Under the pieces are notes generated by a model, which was given only the letters and a program-made list of their open reading frames with translations, did no database searches and was not told the DNA's origin. A DNA stretch of 39,878 nt, from NCBI GenBank assembly GCA_030631915.1, contig DAOVKF010000001.1, positions 1 through 39,878 of the forward strand, read 5' to 3'. This stretch comes from Candidatus Omnitrophota bacterium. Lineage in GTDB: Bacteria; Omnitrophota; Gorgyraeia; Tantalellales; Tantalellaceae. Positions 23,338 through 32,614 of this stretch are shown piece after piece; within the stretch, counting starts at the first letter, position 1; the number at the start of each line of letters is the position of its first letter. The position numbers and the translations under genes were made by a program.

Positions 23338-23410
23338 CTGCCCGGGTATCCTCGAGCTGAGGGAACGGTCGTTTGCCATGCTCCTACCAGGGCCTCTTTG
23401 CCCGGAGCAG
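23338..23410 (-). repeat. conserved structured noncoding element, copy A (in the carB1 5' leader)
   Basis: The minus strand reads CTGCTCCGGGCAAAGAGGCCCTGGTAGGAGCATGGCAAACGACCGT...GGATACCCGGGCAG. It is closed by a CTGC(t)CCGGG / CCCGGGCAG stem and is homologous to 39669-39730. Confidence 0.6.
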
Positions 23411-23419
23411 GCACCTTTC

Positions 23420-23447
23420 ATAATATCAATTTTAGAATACTTTTCAA
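23420..23447 (-). promoter_or_regulatory. promoter candidate for carB1-purF' (minus strand)
   Basis: Minus strand: TTGAAA, 16-nt spacer, TATTAT. Confidence 0.45.
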
Positions 23448-23471
23448 CTGTTTTCTGTGATGGTAAGGGTG

Positions 23472-23500
23472 TTTACAACCCGGGGCACTTCCTGTATAAT
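23472..23500 (+). promoter_or_regulatory. promoter candidate for the carA operon
   Basis: TTTACA (23472-23477), 17-nt spacer, TATAAT (23495-23500). Confidence 0.55.
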
Positions 23501-23554
23501 ACATAGAATATTAATAGTGCGGTTAAAAAATTTCTGTATAGCGGGTTTTCTGAG

Positions 23555-24637
23555 ATGAAAGCGGTTTTAGTGTTAGAAGACGGGGCAGTATTTAACGGCC
23601 ATGCGTTCGGAGCAATAAAAAAAGATACGTATGGCGAGATCGTCTTTAACACCAGCATGTCGGGTTACCAGGAGATCATCACGGATCCTTCCTACAAGGG
23701 GCAGATAGTCGCCATGACCTATCCTCTTATAGGGAATTACGGTATCAACGACGAGGACGTGGAGTCCGCAGGGCCGCGGGTCGAAGGGTTGATAATAAGA
23801 GAACTGTGCGCGGTCCCGAGCAATTTCCGGTCAAAGATGTCCCTTGACGAATATCTGAAAAAGCATGACGTTATGGGCATTACTGACGTTGACACAAGGG
23901 CTGTCACGCGCCATATCAGGACACAGGGCGCCATGAAAGGGGTTATTTCAACGGCAACGGAAAACGCGGCCGAGCTGGCCGACAGGGTAAAAGCTTCACC
24001 CGGGCTCATAGGCATGGACCTTGTAAAAGAAGTGACCTGTGATAAGGCGGTTAAATGGAACGAAGACGGGGCCATGAGGGTCGCTGTCCTGGATTGCGGC
24101 GTGAAGTACAGCATATTGAGAAATCTGGAGAAAAGGGGCTGCGCGGTGACGCGTTTCCCCGCAGGAACGGATGCCGCGACGATCTTGAGGACGAAACCTC
24201 ACGGGGTCCTTTTGTCAAACGGTCCGGGCGATCCGGAAGGCGCTCCGTATGTTTTTAAGACTGCCAGGGAGCTTCTCGGAAAGGTTCCGATCTTCGGTAT
24301 TTGCCTTGGCCACCAGATGCTCGGGCTGGCTCTCGGGGGAAAGACCTATAAACTCAAGTTCGGACATCATGGCGGCAACCATCCTGTCAAGGACCTTTGC
24401 TCGGAAAAAGTCAGTATTACGGCGCAGAACCACGGGTTTTGCGTGGACTTTGATTCAGTAAGATCAAAAGGGGCCAGAATAACCCATATAAATCTTAACG
24501 ATAACACGGTCGAAGGCATGGAAAGTGACGAGCTCAGGTTTTTCAGTATCCAGTTCCATCCTGAGGCAGGACCGGGTCCCAACGACGCGGTGTATATGTT
24601 CGATAAGTTTATCGATAACATGCGGAAGGGCGTTTAG
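23555..24637 (+). CDS. carA: carbamoyl-phosphate synthase small (glutaminase) subunit
   Basis: MKAVLVLEDG..., triad GATase motif PIFGICLGHQML, and HGGNHPV. Confidence 0.95.
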   Translation: MKAVLVLEDGAVFNGHAFGAIKKDTYGEIVFNTSMSGYQEIITDPSYKGQIVAMTYPLIGNYGINDEDVESAGPRVEGLIIRELCAVPSNFRSKMSLDEYLKKHDVMGITDVDTRAVTRHIRTQGAMKGVISTATENAAELADRVKASPGLIGMDLVKEVTCDKAVKWNEDGAMRVAVLDCGVKYSILRNLEKRGCAVTRFPAGTDAATILRTKPHGVLLSNGPGDPEGAPYVFKTARELLGKVPIFGICLGHQMLGLALGGKTYKLKFGHHGGNHPVKDLCSEKVSITAQNHGFCVDFDSVRSKGARITHINLNDNTVEGMESDELRFFSIQFHPEAGPGPNDAVYMFDKFIDNMRKGV

Positions 24638-24679
24638 GGGGGGCAAGGGGCAAAAGCGGGATGCGGGAGTTAAGAAAAT

Positions 24680-27600
24680 ATGCCGAAGAGGGATGATATA
24701 AAAAGTATTCTCATAATAGGGTCCGGGCCGATCGTTATCAGCCAGGCTTGTGAGTTCGACTATTCCGGCACGCAGGCGTGCAAGGCCTTGAGAGCGGAAG
24801 GTTATAAAGTCATTCTTGTCAATTCAAACCCGGCCACGATAATGACGGATCCGGAAATGGCAGACAGGACGTACGTGGAACCGATAACCCCGGAAGTTGT
24901 GGCAGGGATAATCGAAAAGGAAAGGCCGGACGCGCTCCTCCCCACGCTCGGCGGTCAGACAGGGCTCAATACAGCCATGAAACTGCATGAGATGGGGGTC
25001 CTCGACAAATTCGATGTCAGGATGATAGGCGCGGACTATGAGACGATCAAGAAAGCGGAGGACAGGGAAGATTTCAAGGCGGCAATGCAGAGGATCGGTC
25101 TGGACCTGCCTGAAAGCGGGCTGGCCCGCAACATGGAAGAGGCCGTTGAAGCCGCAGACAGGATCGGCTTGCCCCTTATCATCAGGCCGAGTTTCACTCT
25201 CGGAGGCACAGGCGGCGGTGTAGCCCGTGACATGAAGAAGTTCAGGGAAGTCGCGTCACTGGGTCTCCGTAACAGCATGACAAGCGAGATCCTTATCGAA
25301 GAATCGATCACAGGGTGGAAGGAATATGAACTCGAGGTCATGCGCGATAAAAAAGACAATGTGGTTATTGTCTGTTCCATAGAAAACCTCGACCCCATGG
25401 GCATACATACAGGGGACAGCATCACCGTTGCTCCGCAGCAGACCCTTTCGGATAAAGAATATCAGAGGATGAGGGACGCGGCGATCGCCATAATCCGGGA
25501 GATCGGGGTCGAGACCGGAGGTTCGAACATCCAGTTTGCCGTGAACCCTGCCAACGGCAGGATGGTCGTTATAGAGATGAACCCCAGGGTTTCCCGCAGT
25601 TCCGCCCTGGCGAGTAAGGCTACCGGGTTCCCCATTGCCAAGTTCGCGGCCAAACTGGCAGTGGGATACACTCTGGACGAGATCCCCAACGATATAACCA
25701 GAGAGACACCGGCTTCGTTCGAACCGGCCATCGACTATTGTGTCGTGAAGATCCCCAGGTTTACTTTTGAGAAGTTTCCCAAAGCCGATCCGACCCTGGG
25801 TATTTCCATGAAATCCGTGGGCGAGACAATGGCGATAGGCCGGACGTTCAAAGAAGCCTTTCAAAAAGGGCTCAGGGGACTGGAGACAGGCAGGACAGGG
25901 CTGAATTATCCAAAGGATCCGGGGTCCGTAAGCGAGGAACGGCTGAACGGTTTTCTGAACCAGCCCGGGCCGGACAGGATATTCTATTTGAAGGAATCTT
26001 TCAGGCGGGGATATGATGTCCCGCGCCTTTTTGAATTGACGGGGATAGACCCGTGGTTCCTGCGTAATATCAGGGAGATCATCGATCATGAGAACGGACT
26101 CAAGGAAAAACTCAAGGGCATCGACCTGACCGCGTCCGTAAATGACAGGGATATCTGTGAAAACGTGAAAAAAGCAAAGAAGTTCGGGTTCAGTGATCCA
26201 CAGCTGGCGGACATGGCCGGTTGTGATGAGATCGCTTTCCGGGCGTTCCGAAAAAAAGCGGGGATCATAGCCGCCTATAAACTCGTTGATACCTGTGCCG
26301 CTGAATTCGAGGCGTACACGCCGTATTATTACTCGACATATGAGGATGAGTGCGAGGCCGGAAGGTCGGATAAAAAGAAAATAATGATCCTGGGCGGCGG
26401 CCCGAACAGGATAGGCCAGGGCATAGAGTTTGATTACTGCTGCTGCCATGCTTCGTTCGCTCTTAAAGAAGCGGGATTTGAGACTATCATGGTGAATTCC
26501 AACCCGGAAACGGTCAGTACGGATTATGATACCTCTGACAAGCTTTATTTCGAGCCATTGACGTTTGAGGACGTGATGAACATCGTGGATAAAGAGAAAC
26601 CCGATGGTGTCATTGTCCAGTTCGGGGGCCAGACGCCCCTCAACCTGGCGGACAGGCTCTGGAAAGAGGGGGTGCCTGTTATAGGCACGTCCGTGGAATC
26701 AATAGCGCTGGCCGAGGACCGTGAACAGTTCAAGCGCCTTCTTCATTCTCTGGGACTTAGACAACCGCCGAACGATACGGCCAACTCCGCCGGAGAGGCC
26801 ATGCGCAAGGCGGAGAAGATAGGATACCCCGTGGTGGTGAGGCCGTCTTATGTGCTCGGCGGCCGGGCCATGAGGATCGTCTATGACAGGGAGACTCTCG
26901 AAGAATATATAAAAGAAGCGGTCGATGTCTCCTCCGGCCATCCGGTGCTTCTGGATAAATTCCTTCAGAACGCGATCGAGGTGGACGTGGACGCGCTGGC
27001 CGACGGTGATGATGTGGTCATAGGCGGGATAATGGAACATATCGAGGAAGCCGGCATTCATTCAGGCGACTCCGCGTGTACGCTTCCGCCGCATACTTTA
27101 TCCGGGGACATCATGGACAAGATAAAAAGGCAGACGAAAAAGCTTGCCATGGCGCTGGATATTAAAGGTCTTATGAACGTCCAGTATGCTGTCAGGGACA
27201 GCGAGATATTTATATTGGAGGTCAACCCGCGGGCTTCCAGGACCGTTCCCTTTGTATCCAAAGCCACGGGCGTACCCATGGCTAAAGCCGCTGCAATGAT
27301 CATGGCGGGGAAGAAGATCAGGGACATGGGCGTGAAGGACCCCATGGAAACATTGAATTATATAAGCGTCAAGGAATCCGTCCTTCCTTTTTCAAGATTT
27401 TCCGGGGTAGATATTATCCTCGGCCCGGAAATGATGTCCACCGGCGAGGTCATGGGGATATCCGGGGATTTCGGCAGTGCTTTTGCCAGGGCCCAGTCCG
27501 GCGCCGGACAGGCGTTACCCCTGGAAGGCAGGGTTTTTGTTTCCGTGCAGGACAAGGATAAGCGCAATATCGTGTTCCCGGCGAAAAAACTGTATGACCT

Positions 27601-27934
27601 CGGGTTCGAGCTTATCGCTACCGAAGGCACCGCGAAAACACTGCAGAACAACAACATACAGGTCGATGTAGTGAAGAAAATGCATGAGGGAAGCCCGAAC
27701 GTCCTGGACATGGTCAAAAGCGGCGGGGTAGCGCTTATCATAAATACCCCTTCCGGTAAAAAGCCGCATAAAGACGGCGCTGTTATAAGGAGCGCGGCGA
27801 TCATGCGGGGGATCCCGTGTATAACCACTCTTGCCGGCGCTCAGGCGTCAGTGAACGGCATAGAGTCGATGATGAAGATGGGTATAGCCGTCAAATCTCT
27901 TCAGGAATATTATGACACCCGGACCAAGGGATAA
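24680..27934 (+). CDS. carB: carbamoyl-phosphate synthase large subunit, paralog 2 (co-oriented with carA)
   Basis: 1084 aa. Collinear with paralog 1 but clearly diverged throughout. Confidence 0.95.
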   Translation: MPKRDDIKSILIIGSGPIVISQACEFDYSGTQACKALRAEGYKVILVNSNPATIMTDPEMADRTYVEPITPEVVAGIIEKERPDALLPTLGGQTGLNTAMKLHEMGVLDKFDVRMIGADYETIKKAEDREDFKAAMQRIGLDLPESGLARNMEEAVEAADRIGLPLIIRPSFTLGGTGGGVARDMKKFREVASLGLRNSMTSEILIEESITGWKEYELEVMRDKKDNVVIVCSIENLDPMGIHTGDSITVAPQQTLSDKEYQRMRDAAIAIIREIGVETGGSNIQFAVNPANGRMVVIEMNPRVSRSSALASKATGFPIAKFAAKLAVGYTLDEIPNDITRETPASFEPAIDYCVVKIPRFTFEKFPKADPTLGISMKSVGETMAIGRTFKEAFQKGLRGLETGRTGLNYPKDPGSVSEERLNGFLNQPGPDRIFYLKESFRRGYDVPRLFELTGIDPWFLRNIREIIDHENGLKEKLKGIDLTASVNDRDICENVKKAKKFGFSDPQLADMAGCDEIAFRAFRKKAGIIAAYKLVDTCAAEFEAYTPYYYSTYEDECEAGRSDKKKIMILGGGPNRIGQGIEFDYCCCHASFALKEAGFETIMVNSNPETVSTDYDTSDKLYFEPLTFEDVMNIVDKEKPDGVIVQFGGQTPLNLADRLWKEGVPVIGTSVESIALAEDREQFKRLLHSLGLRQPPNDTANSAGEAMRKAEKIGYPVVVRPSYVLGGRAMRIVYDRETLEEYIKEAVDVSSGHPVLLDKFLQNAIEVDVDALADGDDVVIGGIMEHIEEAGIHSGDSACTLPPHTLSGDIMDKIKRQTKKLAMALDIKGLMNVQYAVRDSEIFILEVNPRASRTVPFVSKATGVPMAKAAAMIMAGKKIRDMGVKDPMETLNYISVKESVLPFSRFSGVDIILGPEMMSTGEVMGISGDFGSAFARAQSGAGQALPLEGRVFVSVQDKDKRNIVFPAKKLYDLGFELIATEGTAKTLQNNNIQVDVVKKMHEGSPNVLDMVKSGGVALIINTPSGKKPHKDGAVIRSAAIMRGIPCITTLAGAQASVNGIESMMKMGIAVKSLQEYYDTRTKG

Positions 27935-29315
27935 AAAAGAAAAGTGCGGTGTCTTCGGCATTTACGGCCATGAACTTGCCGTTGATCTGACGTATCTGGG
28001 GCTGTATTCCCTGCAGCATAGAGGCGAAGAATCATGCGGTATCGCTGTTTTTAACGGAAAGAAGCTGTGCCAGCTGGTCGATATGGGGCTTGTTTCGGAT
28101 GTTCTTAGAAAAAACAGATTAAAAGGGCTGAAAGGCCGGACCGCGATAGGGCATGTCCGGTATTCCACAACCGGTTCCAGCATATTGAGGAACGCGCAGC
28201 CTTTTGTCATAAGTCATAACAGGATATCCTTTTCCATAGCCCATAACGGCAACCTGACGAACGCCGTAAAGCTCAGGAGAGAGCTTGAACAGGACGGCGC
28301 CATTTTCCAGACGACAATGGACTCCGAGATGGTCATGCATCTCTTGGTCCGGTCAAAGAAAGAACTTTTCGAGGAAAGGCTCATAGACGCGTTGAGACAA
28401 TGCGAAGGCGCTTTCACCATGCTTTGCCTGACCGGGGACAGTCTCATAGGGGTCAGGGACCCCCATGGTTTCCGCCCTTTATGCCTGGGGAAAAAGGACG
28501 GAGCTTATGTTCTCGCGAGCGAGACCTGTTCCCTTGACCTTATCGACGCCGAATTTATCCGGGAGATAGAACCCGGAGAGGTTATCATTATTTCCGAACA
28601 GGGGATCGAATCGAAAAAGCCTTTTGACCGAAGGACCGTGTCGCCGTGTATTTTCGAATTTATCTATTTCGCGCGTCCTGACAGCCGCATCTTCGGGGAC
28701 AGTGTCTACCGGGTGCGTAAAAACCTGGGCAGGAAACTCGCCCGGGAGCATCCCGCTGAGGCGGACATGGTCATGTCGATACCGGATTCAGGAAATTACG
28801 CTGCCCTGGGATATTCGGAAGAAAGCGGTATACCGTTCGAATTCGGGATGGTAAGGAACCATTATGTGGGCAGGACGTTTATCCAGCCGTCGCAGGAGAT
28901 GCGGAAACACGGGGTGAAGATCAAGCTCAACCCGATCAAAGATGTCCTGAAAGGGAAACGGGTCATAGTCGTGGAAGACTCGATCGTCAGGGGCACGACT
29001 ACGGGCGGCAGAATAAAAGCTCTCAGGGAGGCGGGCGTCAAAGAGATCCACATGCGGATAAGCTGCCCCCCGATCAGGTTCCCGTGTTTTTACGGGATAG
29101 ATTTTCCGAGCAGGAAGGAGCTGATAGCCAACCAGCTTCCATCCATAGAAGAAATAGCGAAGTTCATCGGCGTGGACAGCTTGAAATATCTCAGTCTCGA
29201 GGGGATGCTGGAAACCGTGAGGAACAAAGAGAACGGGTTTTGCGCCGCCTGTTTCAGCGGGGACTATCCTACGAAAGTAGGCAGGAAAGCGGTCAAGACG
29301 CCTTTTGAGCGTTGA
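27912..29315 (+). CDS. purF: amidophosphoribosyltransferase (canonical, with propeptide and Fe-S Cys ligands)
   Basis: [19 protein letters not shown] (11-residue propeptide before the Cys). [39 protein letters not shown]. Overlaps the carB end by 23 nt. Confidence 0.93.
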   Translation: MTPGPRDKKEKCGVFGIYGHELAVDLTYLGLYSLQHRGEESCGIAVFNGKKLCQLVDMGLVSDVLRKNRLKGLKGRTAIGHVRYSTTGSSILRNAQPFVISHNRISFSIAHNGNLTNAVKLRRELEQDGAIFQTTMDSEMVMHLLVRSKKELFEERLIDALRQCEGAFTMLCLTGDSLIGVRDPHGFRPLCLGKKDGAYVLASETCSLDLIDAEFIREIEPGEVIIISEQGIESKKPFDRRTVSPCIFEFIYFARPDSRIFGDSVYRVRKNLGRKLAREHPAEADMVMSIPDSGNYAALGYSEESGIPFEFGMVRNHYVGRTFIQPSQEMRKHGVKIKLNPIKDVLKGKRVIVVEDSIVRGTTTGGRIKALREAGVKEIHMRISCPPIRFPCFYGIDFPSRKELIANQLPSIEEIAKFIGVDSLKYLSLEGMLETVRNKENGFCAACFSGDYPTKVGRKAVKTPFER

Positions 29316-29329
29316 TAAACGGATAATTG

Positions 29330-29386
29330 TCCGTCATCGTGAGGAGGGCCGACCCGATCCGTCATTGCGAGGGAGACAAAGCGATC
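29330..29386 (+). repeat. two tandem about 28-nt units of a TCCGTCAT...GAT(C) short repeat in the purF-pyrG spacer
   Basis: TCCGTCATCGTGAGGAGGGCCGACCCGA followed by TCCGTCATTGCGAGGGAGACAAAGCGATC. Confidence 0.45.
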
Positions 29387-29412
29387 TTTATAAGAACGAT
29401 AAAAGGAGCAGT

Positions 29413-31026
29413 ATGGCCAAATATATTTTTATAACCGGTGGGGTCGTTTCCAGTCTCGGCAAGGGCATAGCTTCAGCCTCTATCGGGAAAGTTCTGGAAT
29501 GGAACGGTTATAAAGTCGCTCTTGTGAAATGTGATCCTTATATCAACGTCGACCCCGGGACAATGAATCCTTACCAGCACGGAGAGGTCTATGTCACGGA
29601 TGACGGAGCCGAGACCGACTTGGACCTCGGCCATTATTACCGGTATACCGCCTCACCGCTTTCCCGGATAAGCAACGTAACCACGGGAAAGGTGTACCAG
29701 AAGGTGATAACAAAAGAACGCCGCGGGGATTTTCTCGGAGGCACCGTCCAGATAATACCGCATATAACGAACGAGATCAAGAATGAGATCCGTCAGGTCG
29801 AGAAAAAGCACAACGTGGATATAGTGCTTGTCGAGATCGGCGGGACAGTAGGCGATATTGAAAGTCTTCCCTTTCTGGAATCCATCCGTCAGATGAAAAA
29901 TGAGGAAGGCCCGGCCAACGCGATCAACATCCACCTTACGCTTGTCCCGTTCATCAAAGCCGCCGGCGAGATCAAGACCAAACCCACCCAGCATTCAGTG
30001 GGCAAGCTCAGGGAAATAGGTATCCAGCCCGAGATCCTCATGGTGCGCACGGAAAAGCCTCTTACCGCCGCCGCCAAGGCCAAGATCGCTCTTTTCTGTA
30101 ATGTCCGGGAGGATTGCGTTATAGAAGCCAGGGATGTCAATGATGTCTATGAAATACCGGTTATGTTCAAGAACAACGGCATGGACAAAAGTATCCTTGA
30201 GAAATTGAATTTGAAACAAAAAAAAGGCAGCGGGGCGAAAAGATGGAAAAAGCTCGTGGAAATAAGGAAATCCACGAAGAAAACGGTCAGGATAGGGGTT
30301 GTGGGGAAATATATAACCCTGCAGGACGCTTACAAATCTATTGACGAAGCCCTGAAGCACGGGGCCATAGCCAACAGGGTGAAACTGGATCTCGTGAAGA
30401 TAGAATCCGGCGTTATTGAGAACAAGACGCCGGGAGATATTAGAGACGTTTTCAAGGGCATAGCAGGCGTGCTGGTCCCCGGAGGTTTCGGCGTGAGGGG
30501 AATAGAGGGAAAACTCGCGGCCGCGCGGTACGCCAGGGAGAACGCTCTTCCGTATTTCGGGATATGCCTTGGCATGCAGATAGCCGTGATCGAGTTTGCG
30601 CGTAACGTGTGCGGCATGAAAAGCGCGAATTCAACGGAGTTTAACGCCAGGACAAAGCACCCGGTGATCTCGCTCCTGTCCGAGCAAAAGAAGGTGAAAT
30701 GCATGGGCGGCACAATGCGGCTCGGGGCGTACAGATGCAAACTGAGCCCCGGCACTCTTGCGAGAAAGATCTATGGCACGGACCAGGTGATGGAGAGGCA
30801 CCGGCATCGTTACGAGTTCAACAACACGTTCAGGGACAGGTTCCGGAAGCACGGCATGGTGTTCAGCGGGACACATCCAAAGGGCAACCTGGTCGAGATA
30901 GTGGAATTAAAGGACCATCCCTGGTTCCTGGCGGTCCAGTTCCATCCGGAATTCCGGTCCAAACCCGACAGGGTCCATCCCCTGTTCAGGGGGTTTGTGA
31001 AAGCCGCGATCGCGAAGGAGACTTAA
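29413..31026 (+). CDS. pyrG: CTP synthase
   Basis: MAKYIFITGGVVSSLGKG start after AAGGAG. The ORF-track start at 29305 reads through the repeat and is rejected. GATase motif FGICLGMQ. Confidence 0.95.
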   Translation: MAKYIFITGGVVSSLGKGIASASIGKVLEWNGYKVALVKCDPYINVDPGTMNPYQHGEVYVTDDGAETDLDLGHYYRYTASPLSRISNVTTGKVYQKVITKERRGDFLGGTVQIIPHITNEIKNEIRQVEKKHNVDIVLVEIGGTVGDIESLPFLESIRQMKNEEGPANAINIHLTLVPFIKAAGEIKTKPTQHSVGKLREIGIQPEILMVRTEKPLTAAAKAKIALFCNVREDCVIEARDVNDVYEIPVMFKNNGMDKSILEKLNLKQKKGSGAKRWKKLVEIRKSTKKTVRIGVVGKYITLQDAYKSIDEALKHGAIANRVKLDLVKIESGVIENKTPGDIRDVFKGIAGVLVPGGFGVRGIEGKLAAARYARENALPYFGICLGMQIAVIEFARNVCGMKSANSTEFNARTKHPVISLLSEQKKVKCMGGTMRLGAYRCKLSPGTLARKIYGTDQVMERHRHRYEFNNTFRDRFRKHGMVFSGTHPKGNLVEIVELKDHPWFLAVQFHPEFRSKPDRVHPLFRGFVKAAIAKET

Positions 31027-32579
31027 TGGCAGAACAGGACGGACGAAAAGGCATACTGGTCGTTGATTTCGGGTCACAGTATGTCCAGCTTATCGCGAGA
31101 CGCGTGAGGGAGAACCGCGTGCGTTCCGTCGTGGAGTCGCCCGCGGTATCCGTTGAAAGGATAAAAGAGATCAATCCCCGCGGCATCATATTCTCCGGCG
31201 GGCCGTCAAGCGTCTATGATAAGGGCGCTCCGGGGCTTGACCGCCGCATACTTGACCTCGGCATCCCGGTCCTCGGCATATGTTACGGGATGCAGGTCAT
31301 CGGGAAACTGGCCGGAGGCAGGATCAGAAAAAGCGGCCGGAGAGAATACGGCCGCGCAATAGTGCGCTTCCGCGGAAAGGATCCGCTGTTTACGGGGATA
31401 GCCCCTGAAAGCGTGACCTGGATGAGCCATCGTGACAAGGTAGAGACGCTCCCGAAAGGGTTCCGTTCCATTGCGCGCAGCGAGAACACTCCGTGCGCGG
31501 CGTTCTATAACCCGGAAAAGAACGTCTACGGTGTCCAGTTCCATCCCGAGGTCGCGCATACGGCAGACGGCGGGAAAATGGTCAGGAACTTTCTTTTTAA
31601 CATATGCGGGTGCAAAAGGACCTGGACCATGAGATCCTTTATAAAAAAGAAGGTCACGGACATACGGGAGCAGGCAGGCGGCCGGGACGTTGTGCTGGGG
31701 CTGTCCGGAGGGGTCGATTCCACTGTATGCGCCGTTCTCCTGCACAGGGCCCTGGGGAAAAGGCTTCATTGTGTGTTTGTGAATAACGGGCTTCTGCGCA
31801 GGAACGAGGCTGAAAGGGTGGAGCGGCTGTTCAGGAAGAATATCAGGCTGGATCTCAGGGTCGTGGACGCTGAAAAAAGGTTCCTGAAAGCCCTTAAAGG
31901 AGTGGAAGACCCTGAGAAAAAGAGGAAAATAATCGGCAGGACGTTTATCCGCGTTTTTGAGGAGAGCGCCGGAAAGATAAAGAACGCGGTATTTCTGGCG
32001 CAGGGGACCCTCTATCCGGATGTGATCGAGTCCCGGTCCTTTTTCGGCGGGCCGAGCAAGACCATAAAATCACATCACAATGTGGGGGGCCTTCCCCGCA
32101 AGATGGGGCTTAAGCTGATGGAGCCCCTCAGGGACCTGTTCAAGGACGAGGTCAGAGAAGTGGGCAGGGAGCTGGGCCTGGCAAGAGAGGTCACTGACCG
32201 GCAGCCGTTCCCCGGCCCGGGCCTCGCGGTAAGGATAATGGGAGAGGTTACCGGGGAAAGGCTGGATACGCTCAGGGCCGCGGACTGGATTATCATTGAT
32301 GTGGCTAAAAAGAGGAATATTTATTACAGGACCTGGCAGATCTTCGGTGTTTTTCTTCCGGTGAAAAGCGTGGGCGTGATGGGTGACAGCCGGACATATG
32401 AGGATACGATCGCGATACGCGCGGTGACCAGTGTCGACGGTATGACCGCTGATTGGGCCAGGGTCCCCTACGATGTGCTTGAGGAGATGTCAGGCAGGAT
32501 AATCAATGAGGTAGAGGGGGTCAACAGGGTGGTTTTTGACATAAGTTCCAAACCGCCGAGCACTATAGAGTGGGAGTGA
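31026..32579 (+). CDS. guaA: GMP synthase (glutamine-hydrolysing)
   Basis: TAATG stop/start overlap with pyrG, with AAGGAG 8 nt upstream. ILVVDFGSQY, GICYGMQ, and the P-loop LGLSGGVDS. Confidence 0.95.
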   Translation: MAEQDGRKGILVVDFGSQYVQLIARRVRENRVRSVVESPAVSVERIKEINPRGIIFSGGPSSVYDKGAPGLDRRILDLGIPVLGICYGMQVIGKLAGGRIRKSGRREYGRAIVRFRGKDPLFTGIAPESVTWMSHRDKVETLPKGFRSIARSENTPCAAFYNPEKNVYGVQFHPEVAHTADGGKMVRNFLFNICGCKRTWTMRSFIKKKVTDIREQAGGRDVVLGLSGGVDSTVCAVLLHRALGKRLHCVFVNNGLLRRNEAERVERLFRKNIRLDLRVVDAEKRFLKALKGVEDPEKKRKIIGRTFIRVFEESAGKIKNAVFLAQGTLYPDVIESRSFFGGPSKTIKSHHNVGGLPRKMGLKLMEPLRDLFKDEVREVGRELGLAREVTDRQPFPGPGLAVRIMGEVTGERLDTLRAADWIIIDVAKKRNIYYRTWQIFGVFLPVKSVGVMGDSRTYEDTIAIRAVTSVDGMTADWARVPYDVLEEMSGRIINEVEGVNRVVFDISSKPPSTIEWE

Positions 32580-32614
32580 CATCTGACTTTTGAAACTTAT
32601 CGGTTTCTACGATC

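Noticed and set aside
23415-23450. ARG-box-like sequence (TGAAAAGTATTCTA on the minus strand) in the carB1/carA divergent region
   Set aside because: The half-site spacing is one nucleotide shorter than the TGAAT-WWWW-ATTCA consensus, and no second box is adjacent. It also coincides with the -35/-10 of the candidate carB1 promoter, so the AT-richness is explained.
25256-26449. 397-aa minus-strand ORF inside carB2, and similar long antisense ORFs (13735-14643, 5558-6280, 32975-33652, 11586-12146, 10208-10765, 7331-7864, 38886-39422)
   Set aside because: All lie antisense to strongly supported conserved genes and have no motifs. They are shadow ORFs, typical of moderately GC-rich coding DNA.
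29305-29412. N-terminal extensions in the ORF track: pyrG from 29305, guaA from 30699, sigma from 1396, second P-II from 4829, NTase from 17382
   Set aside because: The conserved N-termini (MAKYIFITGG, MAEQDGRKGILVVDFG, MEYENL, MKKIECII, MKKEKISRYQ) start at internal ATGs that have ribosome-binding sites or sit correctly relative to a promoter. The extensions read through repeats, terminators, promoters or the preceding gene.
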